Shown: positions 45,723-55,698, counted from the stretch's first letter. The stretch: DNA of 64,000 bases from Escherichia coli (GCF_024223415.1 NZ_CP100500.1), one strand, 5' to 3'. A program made the numbers and translations. The notes: generated by a model from the sequence alone, not told the origin.

Positions 45723-46450
45723 CATATGAGGAAACATTTCAGCTGAAATAATTGAATATTCCAAAGCATGAGAGTTACTTAATTTGTAAAAGTGCTACAG
45801 TACAATAGAGAGGATCTCTGTCTTCATATTGTTTGCGATCATCTCAGATGAAGTTATTGATTTCATCTTTTAATAGAAGAACTGAATAGAATATGTATGG
45901 CATTATCATTTTGAACAATAATAATAGAATAAAAGGAAGACATCGAAATGGTGGTCAAACATTACATCAGTTCTATTGATTTGACAGCAGAGAAGTCTGC
46001 CACAGCGAACCAAAATTACTGACTCGTAGAGAAGAAGTTGCACTGGCTGCTGAATGGTAATGGATGAAGACGACAGAGAAATAAGAAAAGAAAACTCAGC
46101 AGAATTACCTTCAGGGATATAGCGCATCACTATTTATGTATTGACTAAAGATAAAGCATTTAAGAAAGGTTAAGGTGTAAGGTGTGAAAAGCAGCCATGG
46201 GTAAGGTTCGTTTCGCACAGGCGTTACTTACAGTAGATGGTCGGCACATCGTAAGACTTGGTCTGATTGCCAGATCATATGTGAGACATCAGAAAAAATT
46301 TAAGCAAATATATAAACAGTAGGTGATGTTGTTAAAGTATAAAACAGATATGGTAGTCAAATAAAGCAAAGTATCGTTGGAAAAATATCTGTAAAATCCC
46401 TGGTGCGTTCACGTGAGTTAGAGTAAAAGTAATGAGGAGGTTCTATTTTT

Positions 46451-47551
46451 ATGAGTTTTGAAAATTGGTATATAAAAGATATTGAACCATATAAACTGGC
46501 TAGTCATAAAGTATGGGACGATGTTTGCAACCGAGATATATTAAAATTAGATTGGAATGAAGCAACTATTCCTGCTAGTCCGTATGTAAAGAAAAGAATT
46601 TTAGAAACTATTGATAAAATAGAGTTTAGATATTACCCAAACGTAAACAACATGGAGTTGTTAACAGCTATCGCGGGATATACTCAACTCAACATAGAAA
46701 ATATTCAATATTTTCCAAGTTCTGATGCTGCACATGAATATATAGCATCAGTATTCTTAACATCAGAAGATAGAGTGTTAATATTGTCCCCGACATATGA
46801 TAATTTCAGGCTAACCTGTCAAAGTAGAGGGGCGGAAATATCGTATGTTAATTGTTTTGATGGGGCGTTTCAATTCCAGAGTGAATTATTTATAAATGTT
46901 TTGAAAGAAACAAAGCCTAAAATTGCATATATGTGTAACCCTAACAATCCGACGGGTTCAATAATAAGGCGGGAATATATAAAGAAAATATTAACTCTTT
47001 TTCCTGATATCTTGTTTGTTTTAGATGAGGCTTATATTGAATTTTCATCTGGTTCATGTGGTGATTTTGTTAAGGAATATGATAATTTGATAGTATCAAG
47101 AACCTTCTCGAAGGCATTTGCGCTGGCCAATTTTAGGATTGGTTATATATTGGCTTCACCTAAACTTATAGTTTCAATTAATAAAATAAGAAATTCTAAG
47201 AATGTAACGACATTATCACAAGAGGCTGCAGTTGCTGCATTGCATGATTCTCAATATATGCAAGCTTATGTTAATGAGGTGATTGTAGCGCGACAATACT
47301 TTATTGAAGAGATAAATAGAAGGTTTGGAGATAAGCTGATAGCATATGAAAGTCATGGTAATTTTGTTCTTGTAAAATGCTCCTCGGAAATACTAAAAAA
47401 AACATTAATAAAAGGCCTGGAGGAACAAGATATTTTCATAAGAGATTTGTCACACAAGGAGCTCAATGGTTTACATATAAGGATTACTATTGGAACACGG
47501 ACTCAAATGAGGCAGGTGCTTAATGTTATTGAAAATATTATTGGTCAATAA
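46451..47551 (+). CDS. PLP-dependent class I/II aminotransferase-fold enzyme, HisC/CobD-like
   Basis: 366 aa; motifs CNPNNPTG, DEAYIEF and SRTFSKAFALANFRIGY (candidate PLP-lysine); low-GC codon usage. Confidence 0.8.
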   Translation: MSFENWYIKDIEPYKLASHKVWDDVCNRDILKLDWNEATIPASPYVKKRILETIDKIEFRYYPNVNNMELLTAIAGYTQLNIENIQYFPSSDAAHEYIASVFLTSEDRVLILSPTYDNFRLTCQSRGAEISYVNCFDGAFQFQSELFINVLKETKPKIAYMCNPNNPTGSIIRREYIKKILTLFPDILFVLDEAYIEFSSGSCGDFVKEYDNLIVSRTFSKAFALANFRIGYILASPKLIVSINKIRNSKNVTTLSQEAAVAALHDSQYMQAYVNEVIVARQYFIEEINRRFGDKLIAYESHGNFVLVKCSSEILKKTLIKGLEEQDIFIRDLSHKELNGLHIRITIGTRTQMRQVLNVIENIIGQ

Positions 47552-47587
47552 TATGTTTGCAGGCGCTCTTTATTATGTTGGTCAGCG

Positions 47588-48277
47588 ATGAAATATAAAT
47601 ACGCTTTTTTTGATTTTTGTGAAACGTTGGTGGATTTACAAACTGCTGATGATTACATTTCTGATGTGATTATTAAGAAGGAAGGCCGATGGAGTTATAA
47701 GCTTGCGATTATTGGCTTCTTAAGGAATAGATGGGTTAATAAATTATTTAATAAATTGTTTAACAATTATGATAACCCTAAGTCTTTGATTTTGAAGCTG
47801 GTTAAAGGGTTTGACTATGGGGTCTTTTCTGTTGCTGCAGAAGAATATTGTAAAAAACTAATGGAGTATTACTTAATTGATGATGTTATTTCGGAGATGC
47901 TAGAATTAAAAAAAAAGAATTATCAAATAATCATTGTCTCTGGGGGATATGATATATATATAAAGCATTTTTTTTCCTCAGTTGTAGATAAGGTTATAGC
48001 TACCGAGATTGATTTTTCTGATTCTAAGTGTCTGGGGAAAATATCAGGTATTGATTGTTTAGGTGTGAACAAGTTAAACAAAATAAAGAAATATATTGAT
48101 GTCAACACAATAGATTATGAAAATTCCTACGTCTTTTCTGACAGTAAAACAGATTTGCCTCTTTTTTCGTTAGCAAAGAATAAAATTGTCATATCTAAGA
48201 AAAAAAACAAATCGTGGGTTAATGAGCAAAATGAAGAATTTATTGAAAAAGTATGGTGTCCTAAAAAAATATGCTAA
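47588..48277 (+). CDS. HAD-superfamily hydrolase, probable phosphatase
   Basis: 229 aa; HAD motif I-like AFFDFCETL (second Asp replaced by Cys), motif II IVSGG, motif IV-like FSDSKTDLPLF. Confidence 0.7.
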   Translation: MKYKYAFFDFCETLVDLQTADDYISDVIIKKEGRWSYKLAIIGFLRNRWVNKLFNKLFNNYDNPKSLILKLVKGFDYGVFSVAAEEYCKKLMEYYLIDDVISEMLELKKKNYQIIIVSGGYDIYIKHFFSSVVDKVIATEIDFSDSKCLGKISGIDCLGVNKLNKIKKYIDVNTIDYENSYVFSDSKTDLPLFSLAKNKIVISKKKNKSWVNEQNEEFIEKVWCPKKIC

Positions 48278-49145
48278 GAAGTATTATTACTATACTTCTT
48301 CTTTTTTAATGTCAGATGAATTATATATAAAAAGGAAGTTTAAGAAAATTTTCGGATATGCTTTGGATATCAATAATCCAAAAACAATGAATGAAAAGAT
48401 GCAATGGATGAAGTTACATATGCATCCTCAGGAATATAATATTTTTGCAGATAAACTTCTTGTTAGAAAATACGTGGAAGAAAAGATTGGTAAAAATATA
48501 CTAATACCTATTTTTGCAGTATACGAAAGTGAAGCCGAATTAAATATAGATTCTTTGCCTGACGAACCATTTATCATTAAGACGAATCATGATAGTTCTG
48601 GTGGAATAATCGTGAGAAACAAATCAGAACTCAATATAAAGGATGCAAAAAGTTTTTGTCGATTTAATTTGAATAACAATCATTATTATATATCAAGAGA
48701 GAAACATTATAAACATTTAGACAGAAAAATTATTATAGAGAAGCTCCTTCTTACAAAATCCGGAAAAATCCCAAATGATTATAAAATAAATTGTATAAAT
48801 GGGCGTGCTGAATTTATATATTGCTCTATTGATAGAGAGGGGAAAAATTACCGAAAGATTTATGACAGGTCTTGGTGTGAAATGGATTTTAAATGGGGAA
48901 ATAAAGATGAGTTTGAGCATAAATTTACTGGGCCCAATATTGAAAAGCCTGATAATTTAGATAAAATGATTGAGTATGCGGAGATATTATCAATGGGGTT
49001 TCCTTATCTAAGAATAGATTTATACAATGTTGATGGGGAAATATATTTAGGAGAAATAACTATTTATCATGGGGGAGGGTTTGATGTTATTGAGCCAAAA
49101 GAATATGACTTATTTTTTGGTAATAAGATTCATTTAGAAAAATGA
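48222..49145 (+). CDS. TupA-like ATP-grasp amidoligase (start uncertain; ORF track begins at TTG 48186)
   Basis: N-terminal NPKTMNEKMQWMKL matches the conserved P-x-TFNEKIQWLK region of TupA-like ATP-grasp proteins; overlaps the upstream HAD ORF by 56-92 nt in another frame. Confidence 0.7.
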   Translation: MSKMKNLLKKYGVLKKYAKKYYYYTSSFLMSDELYIKRKFKKIFGYALDINNPKTMNEKMQWMKLHMHPQEYNIFADKLLVRKYVEEKIGKNILIPIFAVYESEAELNIDSLPDEPFIIKTNHDSSGGIIVRNKSELNIKDAKSFCRFNLNNNHYYISREKHYKHLDRKIIIEKLLLTKSGKIPNDYKINCINGRAEFIYCSIDREGKNYRKIYDRSWCEMDFKWGNKDEFEHKFTGPNIEKPDNLDKMIEYAEILSMGFPYLRIDLYNVDGEIYLGEITIYHGGGFDVIEPKEYDLFFGNKIHLEK

Positions 49146-50362
49146 AAAATATTATAAAGAATGGGCTGTCTCTTTCTTTTATAAAGGCAGTGACTTTGCT
49201 ATTTCCTATCGCCATTGTACCTATCCTGATATCAAAGATAGGAATGGATAAATATGGGGAAGTTGTATTTATCACTGCAATATATTCATATTTTATTAAT
49301 GTGGTTAGCTTTGGATTTGAAGAATCAGCCACTCAAGTCTTGGCAAAGAATCACTTCTCAGGTTTGTCGAAAAATGAATATATTTTGTCTGTTATCGTGC
49401 TCAAGGGCATAATTGCTGTTTCTATAATTTTTGTCATTTGTGGTTTGTATTTTTTGGGGATGGGAGGAGATTTTTTCTCATTGCTATTTTGTATTACCAT
49501 CGTCGCTGAGGTTTTTAATCCCTTATGGTTTTATCAGGGGGTCGAAAGAATTCATATTATCTCAGTGAGCTCTATAGTATCAAAATCATTATATACAATA
49601 TTAATATGTCTGTTTGTGAGATGTAATAATGATTATTACCTTGTTCCTGTATTTTTAGGCGGTGCGAATATTCTTTCTTATGTCTATCCGTTTGTTGCTA
49701 TGTGTAATGAGTGTAAATTTCGGCGCAATGACTTGAACTATAATAATTTGAAAAAAGTATTATTAGACTCAGTTAGTATATTCCTTACTAATTTTATCCC
49801 AACATTGAAAGATAAGATAGGTGCTATATTGATAGGTTTATCTTTCTCCATGAATATCGTAGCGATTTATGATATAATTATAAAAATACTTAATTTATTG
49901 TTTATTCCAGTAAATGTAATAAATGCATCGTTCTATCCAACACTTTCCAGGAAGAGAGAAAAGAAAATATTAATGCAATTAATGTATATAAATTTGGGTT
50001 ATGCTATTTTTGCATTTGTTATCGTATGTAATTTTTTTGATTATTTTTCCAATATCTACTTCCAATCCTATTCAGCGTATTCCGATGCTGTAAAAATAAT
50101 ATCTGTGTCTGTTGTTTTTTACTCAGTGAGTTTAATGATTGGAAAAAATATCCTATTGGTCACTGGTTTTTATCATCATGTGCTGCTCAGTATTATATTA
50201 TCGACAGGATTTTATTTGATGTTTGTCTGCTTTATGTATTCTCTTAGTTCATTGAGTATATATTCATTATGCTTTTTAACAACAGCATCATTCTTATTTG
50301 AAATGCTGGTTAGGTTAATTATGTTAAAGAAGACTAAGGCCTTGTTTTTTTTTAAATATTAA
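49142..50362 (+). CDS. wzx: O-antigen flippase Wzx
   Basis: 406 aa polytopic membrane protein, MOP-family-like; ATGA overlap with the upstream gene. Confidence 0.8.
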   Translation: MKNIIKNGLSLSFIKAVTLLFPIAIVPILISKIGMDKYGEVVFITAIYSYFINVVSFGFEESATQVLAKNHFSGLSKNEYILSVIVLKGIIAVSIIFVICGLYFLGMGGDFFSLLFCITIVAEVFNPLWFYQGVERIHIISVSSIVSKSLYTILICLFVRCNNDYYLVPVFLGGANILSYVYPFVAMCNECKFRRNDLNYNNLKKVLLDSVSIFLTNFIPTLKDKIGAILIGLSFSMNIVAIYDIIIKILNLLFIPVNVINASFYPTLSRKREKKILMQLMYINLGYAIFAFVIVCNFFDYFSNIYFQSYSAYSDAVKIISVSVVFYSVSLMIGKNILLVTGFYHHVLLSIILSTGFYLMFVCFMYSLSSLSIYSLCFLTTASFLFEMLVRLIMLKKTKALFFFKY

Positions 50363-50376
50363 TTAGGTATGGAAGT

Positions 50377-51246
50377 ATGAAAACAGTGTCAGTAATCATT
50401 CCAACATATAGGGATTGGGAAAGATTATCTAAATGTTTAAATGCAATAAAAAAACAAAGATATCCCGCAGAGTTTATTCAGGTAATAGTCATTAATAATG
50501 ATCCATTTGATGATAATCCATTTATAAATAGTGATGAATATAAAAATGTAAAGTTTTTAGTAGAGGGAAAGGTGGGTTCTTATGCAGCAAGAAATAAAGG
50601 CCTAAATTATGCAAAAGGGGAGATTATAGCATTCACTGATTCAGATTGTGTCCCAGATGAGTTTTGGATTTCAAATGCTGTTCGACATTTTGAAGAAAAT
50701 AGTAAATGCACAAGAATTGGTGGGAAAATTGAATTATTTTTCAAAGGTAATGTAAGTAAAACCCTAGCTGAATTTTATGAACAAAGTTATGCTTTCCGGC
50801 AGAAAGAGTTTGTTCAACGACAGGGAATGGCTGCAACAGCTAATATGTTCTCATATAAGAAGGTTTTTGATGATATATCATATTTCAATGATTCATTGAT
50901 GTCGGGAGGAGATGCCGAATGGGGAGTTAGGGCAAATAATAAAGGATATAGAATAGACTATTGTGATTCTGTCACTGTTTATCATCCGGCAAGAGAATCG
51001 ATGAAACAAATTTTTATAAAAAATCGAAGGGAAGCCAGTGGTAAAATAAAAAATAAACGAAAAGTGTTAATCAATTTTGTAATGTCATTGCTCCCACCAT
51101 TAAAATCGTTGATGTATATTAGGTATCATGGGAATAGTATATATAAAGTATTAATTGCATTTTTTATTAGATATTTAATGAGGATTGATACGGCTATAGA
51201 ACAAATCCGGGTTGTGTTTTTTAATAAGAAAGCCGAGCGATTATGA
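50377..51246 (+). CDS. Glycosyltransferase family 2
   Basis: 289 aa; VSVIIPTYRDWERLSKCLNAI and FTDSDC motifs. Confidence 0.8.
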   Translation: MKTVSVIIPTYRDWERLSKCLNAIKKQRYPAEFIQVIVINNDPFDDNPFINSDEYKNVKFLVEGKVGSYAARNKGLNYAKGEIIAFTDSDCVPDEFWISNAVRHFEENSKCTRIGGKIELFFKGNVSKTLAEFYEQSYAFRQKEFVQRQGMAATANMFSYKKVFDDISYFNDSLMSGGDAEWGVRANNKGYRIDYCDSVTVYHPARESMKQIFIKNRREASGKIKNKRKVLINFVMSLLPPLKSLMYIRYHGNSIYKVLIAFFIRYLMRIDTAIEQIRVVFFNKKAERL

Positions 51247-52487
51247 AAATGTTTTTTTTTGTTCTTTGCGTGTTCTTTTTAATAAATGGCTTTTATATAT
51301 ATCCGCCATTTAATAGTGCAATTTTAGCACCGATGTTAGCTTTATTGGGAGCACTAACATTAAGGAAGAAAATAACGATAAAGCCCTTTTCTGACTTGTT
51401 AGATCCTTCATTTTTATTTTGGTTTCTTTTTGTAAGTTGTTATTGTCTATCAATTGCAGTTTTCTCAAAAACATATGACTTATCATATGTAAAGAACTTT
51501 ATATCACAACTTGTTCAATTTGCTATTATTTTATTTAGTTTTTTTATGTTATCATCAATAGATGGAGCATTTTCTCTTAAGATAGAAAAAATTATCGTAT
51601 ATAGCTTCGTTTTACAATCTGTTATTCAGATAGCAGCATTTCTATATCCTGGAATAGCCGATATTATTCATTTATTTTATGATAAAGATAAAGTAGAGCG
51701 ATTATACATCAATTACGCAGGAGTAAGAGGACTGGCGTTGACTGGTTCCCCAGGGTGGGGAATATCTGTTGGATATGCTATATCATTTTTACTTTTTGTT
51801 AAAGCATTTGTTATTAATCAGAAATTGAAGTTTTCTAGTATTATAGTTGCAATACTACTTTTAATCGGTGCAATGTTTACTGGTCGCAGTGCTTTTATTG
51901 GTGTTATTTTCGGTGGGGGGTATTATCTTGTATCAGGAGAGGATATTACAAAAAAAATCAAAACTATAATTCTATTTTTAATTCTTCCTGCATTAATATG
52001 CATGTTAACATATATAATGTTGCCATCCCTATCCTCACTATTCGGAGATAAGGTTTTCCCATTTGTCTTTGAGTTCTATTATAAATACAAAGACACAGGT
52101 GAGTTATCTACTAAATCTACAGATATTTTGTTGAATATGTGGGATCTTAACGTTGATGTTACTGACATTGTGTTCGGTACAGGTAATTTCACAAATGACA
52201 AAACTGGAGAGTATTATTTCGGTAGTGATGTGGGATATCTCCGGAATTTATTGTATGGTGGTTTTTTTTGGATGTTCACTCTTTTTATTTATCAGGTTTC
52301 ATTATTTGGACAACTGCGTTGGTGGAAAAAAAGAAAGGATATTAAATTATTTGTATTCATTTTTATAGCCATGTTAATGTTGCTTGAGATGAAAGCAATG
52401 GCCATAGGATATAATAAATATGTGTTTACAGTTTCTATTTTATTAGGATTGTCATTTAAAGAGAGATACAGAAATGCTTACCAATAA
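51243..52487 (+). CDS. wzy: O-antigen polymerase Wzy
   Basis: 414 aa, about 10-12 predicted TM segments with a large loop; no similarity to Wzx; position. Confidence 0.7.
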   Translation: MKMFFFVLCVFFLINGFYIYPPFNSAILAPMLALLGALTLRKKITIKPFSDLLDPSFLFWFLFVSCYCLSIAVFSKTYDLSYVKNFISQLVQFAIILFSFFMLSSIDGAFSLKIEKIIVYSFVLQSVIQIAAFLYPGIADIIHLFYDKDKVERLYINYAGVRGLALTGSPGWGISVGYAISFLLFVKAFVINQKLKFSSIIVAILLLIGAMFTGRSAFIGVIFGGGYYLVSGEDITKKIKTIILFLILPALICMLTYIMLPSLSSLFGDKVFPFVFEFYYKYKDTGELSTKSTDILLNMWDLNVDVTDIVFGTGNFTNDKTGEYYFGSDVGYLRNLLYGGFFWMFTLFIYQVSLFGQLRWWKKRKDIKLFVFIFIAMLMLLEMKAMAIGYNKYVFTVSILLGLSFKERYRNAYQ

Positions 52488-53385
52488 AGTCTCTGTTGTT
52501 ATTCCGACACATAGTCGGCCTAATCTTTTGCGAAAAGCTATAGAAAGTGTTTTGAATCAGACATATAAGCCATGTGAAATTATTGTTGTTGATGATACAG
52601 AATCTGAAGAAACCGCTCGATGTTTATCTGTCATAAATAGCGATATACCTATTAGGCTAAAGTATAACACTTCTTCTGGTGCCGGCTCGTCTAGGAATTT
52701 AGGTGCAAAGATTGCTAATGGTGATTTTGTGGCTTTCTTGGATGACGATGATCTCTGGCTTCCAACTAAATTAGAAACGCAGATGTATGAATTGCGGCAT
52801 ACACAATATGATGCAATTTTTTGTCAGATGATAATAAATTATGAAGGGGTAAACATACAATATTCTACTCGAGCCAAAAATGTAGCTGAACCATTAAAAG
52901 AAATATGTATTGAAAACTTTATTGGTGCCACAATATCCTGTGTTATACGCCGTTCAATTTTTATGAAATTAGGAGGGTTTGATGAAAGATTCAAGGCTAG
53001 AGAGGAATATGATTTATGGATTCGAGTTATTCAATCTAATGCTAAAATTAAAATAATAGAAAAACCATTAACTATTTCAAATCGTTCTTTTGTACGGAAT
53101 CGTATTTCTTCTAACATAAATAATTATGAGCACGGAATATCACTTATTAACGAAAAATATGCTCGATTGATTACTGAAATATTAACTCCCAATGAGAGAA
53201 GAATAAGATTATCGAAACAATATGAATTTCTAGCTGCTCAGGCAATATCTTTAGGCCTTAAAATGACAAGCTCAAAGTATTATTTTAAGTCTTTTTTAAC
53301 AATTCCTTCTCTTAAATCGTTATTTCTTTCATTGTTGAGTATTATTTCTCCGCTAATGATAATAAAAATTAGAAGCAAACTTTAA
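52474..53385 (+). CDS. Glycosyltransferase family 2
   Basis: 303 aa; VSVVIPTHSRPNLLRKAIESVLNQTY and FLDDDD motifs. Confidence 0.8.
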   Translation: MLTNKVSVVIPTHSRPNLLRKAIESVLNQTYKPCEIIVVDDTESEETARCLSVINSDIPIRLKYNTSSGAGSSRNLGAKIANGDFVAFLDDDDLWLPTKLETQMYELRHTQYDAIFCQMIINYEGVNIQYSTRAKNVAEPLKEICIENFIGATISCVIRRSIFMKLGGFDERFKAREEYDLWIRVIQSNAKIKIIEKPLTISNRSFVRNRISSNINNYEHGISLINEKYARLITEILTPNERRIRLSKQYEFLAAQAISLGLKMTSSKYYFKSFLTIPSLKSLFLSLLSIISPLMIIKIRSKL

Positions 53386-53427
53386 TTATATCATCATTAT
53401 TAGACAGTCAATAACTGTGGAGTTAAC

Positions 53428-54690
53428 ATGAGTTCTGGGTTTAATTCTATTGAAAAGAACTTTTCAAGATTTTTATCTTACTTTCCAGGGATAAAAAAAA
53501 TAATTAAAAAAGCTTACATAAGGATAAATTTTTATATCTACAAAAAAGAACATAAAGTAAAAAGTGATTACAGCATCCATACGATTGATATCGATAGTTG
53601 CGAAACTTTTTTTGGATACTATGATAAATGTCCCGATAATGGTAAAGGAGATGTTATCGTTTGTGCATCGACTATATCTACCCACAACATACCTGATCCA
53701 AACAATCCGATTAAATTATATGTGTACAATCTTTGTACTAAAGATAAGGTGTTCATTGCTAATATTTCTGCATATAATTGGCAACAAGGATGTCGTGCTC
53801 ATTGGCTAAACGATGATTTACTTATTTATAACTTTTACTCTCATGAAAAGCGTAATTATTCGTCGAAAATATACTCAATCATAGAGAAAAAACATATAGC
53901 AGAGTTCTCTTTTGCGGTACAAGACAGTTTTCTTGGTAATTATTTTTTATCTATAAACTATTCTCGCTTAATGGCGTTACGCCCAGATTATGGATATAGA
54001 AATAAAAGTTTTTCTTGGGAATTGTTTGATCTGGCTAATGATGGTATATGGAAAGTCGATATTAGCTCTCGTAAGGGAGAATTAATCGTTACATTTTGTG
54101 ATATTATTAATTTTGAGTTTGAAAATAATGATGAGTATAAACATAAAGTTAACCATGTAATGATTTCTCCCGATGGTGAAAAATTTATATTTATACATCG
54201 TTATTATTATAAAGGTAAACGGAATGATAGATTAATGTTGTCAACCAAAGACGGACATTTAATTTCAGTATTAGCTAATAATAAAATGGTTAGTCATTGT
54301 TGTTGGCTTTCCAATGATAAAATTATCGGTTATTTAAGATCTGATAGTGGTGATGATAGTTATTGGGTTATTGATATAAATAATCTGGAGTCATACCAAC
54401 TCTTAGATGGTGAATTACTAAAATATGGCGATGGTCATCCATCGAATTGTAAAAATCTATTAGTGACGGATACATATCCTAATAAGTCAAGATATCAGAA
54501 ATTATTATTAGTCGATATGGATAATGATAATTACCAGGAACTTGGTGAGTTTTTACATGATCTTAGTTTTTCTGATGAGACTAGATGTGACTTACATCCT
54601 CGCTTTTCTCATGATGGCAGCATGATTTTTTTTGATTCAGTTTTTTCTGGAAAACGCAAGTTATGCTATTTACAGTTAATTAATAAATAA
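53428..54690 (+). CDS. Hypothetical protein, possibly beta-propeller-like; function unknown
   Basis: 420 aa, no GT signature recognised; repeated SPDG/SHDG-type strands (MISPDGEKFIFIH, HPRFSHDGSMIFFDS). Confidence 0.55.
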   Translation: MSSGFNSIEKNFSRFLSYFPGIKKIIKKAYIRINFYIYKKEHKVKSDYSIHTIDIDSCETFFGYYDKCPDNGKGDVIVCASTISTHNIPDPNNPIKLYVYNLCTKDKVFIANISAYNWQQGCRAHWLNDDLLIYNFYSHEKRNYSSKIYSIIEKKHIAEFSFAVQDSFLGNYFLSINYSRLMALRPDYGYRNKSFSWELFDLANDGIWKVDISSRKGELIVTFCDIINFEFENNDEYKHKVNHVMISPDGEKFIFIHRYYYKGKRNDRLMLSTKDGHLISVLANNKMVSHCCWLSNDKIIGYLRSDSGDDSYWVIDINNLESYQLLDGELLKYGDGHPSNCKNLLVTDTYPNKSRYQKLLLVDMDNDNYQELGEFLHDLSFSDETRCDLHPRFSHDGSMIFFDSVFSGKRKLCYLQLINK

Positions 54691-54695
54691 AGTGA

Positions 54696-55511
54696 TTGTA
54701 TATGAAAGTCGCAGTCGCAATGTCTGTATATAAGAATGATAATCCTATATACTTAGAGAAAGCCATTAAAAGTATATTGAATCAAACATATAAAAATATC
54801 CATTTATATATAGAGGTCGATGGAGTCATATCTCCACAATTATATCAATGTTTATCCTCTTTTATCTCATGCTCAAATATTAGTATAAATTTTAATAGTG
54901 ATTGTAAAGGATTGGCATTTAGATTAAATAATATTATTGATAAGGTTATATTTGATGGAGGATATTCGTATATTGCAAGAATGGATGCTGATGATATATC
55001 TCGACTCGATAGGATTGAAAAACAAGTAATATTTATGCAGACCCATAAGGATATTTCTGTTGTTGGTTCTGATGTTCTAGAAATAGATGAGGATGATAAT
55101 TTTTTATTTTACAAAAAAATGCATTGTGATCATGAGATCATCGTTCGAGATATTATTAAGAAATGTCCAATAAATCATCCCTCAGCATTTTTTAAAATAT
55201 CTTCATTTTATATAGTTAGATATAATTCCACCTTGAAGAACACACAGGATTATTACTTGTGGATTGATTTTATTTATAATAATTTAAAGATCTCAAACAT
55301 CAATGAGCCTTTGTTAAAATTTAGAGTGAATAGAGATTTTTATTCACGGAGAGGGTTTGATAAAGCTATCAATGATGTAAAATCACGAATATATGCCTTG
55401 CGAAAGTTGAATTGCTATTCACTAAGGAATATATTTCATATATTAATGCTTTTTTTTCTTAGAGTATCTCCGACTGTAATAAAAAAAATTGCATACAATA
55501 GACTTAGATAA
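54696..55511 (+). CDS. Glycosyltransferase family 2-like
   Basis: 271 aa; VAMSVYKNDNPIYLEKAIKSILNQTY and ARMDADDIS motifs; start may be the ATG at 54702. Confidence 0.75.
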   Translation: MYMKVAVAMSVYKNDNPIYLEKAIKSILNQTYKNIHLYIEVDGVISPQLYQCLSSFISCSNISINFNSDCKGLAFRLNNIIDKVIFDGGYSYIARMDADDISRLDRIEKQVIFMQTHKDISVVGSDVLEIDEDDNFLFYKKMHCDHEIIVRDIIKKCPINHPSAFFKISSFYIVRYNSTLKNTQDYYLWIDFIYNNLKISNINEPLLKFRVNRDFYSRRGFDKAINDVKSRIYALRKLNCYSLRNIFHILMLFFLRVSPTVIKKIAYNRLR

Positions 55512-55698
55512 ACTTCATCTACCACGCTATAGTCGGTAAGTGGTCTTCGTTTTTCTTAAAAAAGAAGCAACGTGACATATTTTTCTTTGTTACAGAAATA
55601 TTAAGATATCCATTATCATTTTTTCACATTTGATAAAACTTATCTTATATATCCAATTACATATATATATTGCGATAGAGTCTTGACAGGAGTAAACA

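Noticed and set aside
45570-46130. Short minus-strand ORFs (64 and 74 codons) in the galF to O-antigen leader
   Set aside because: No RBS, domain or conservation evident; one overlaps the JUMPstart element. Treated as non-coding, though the region is flagged above.
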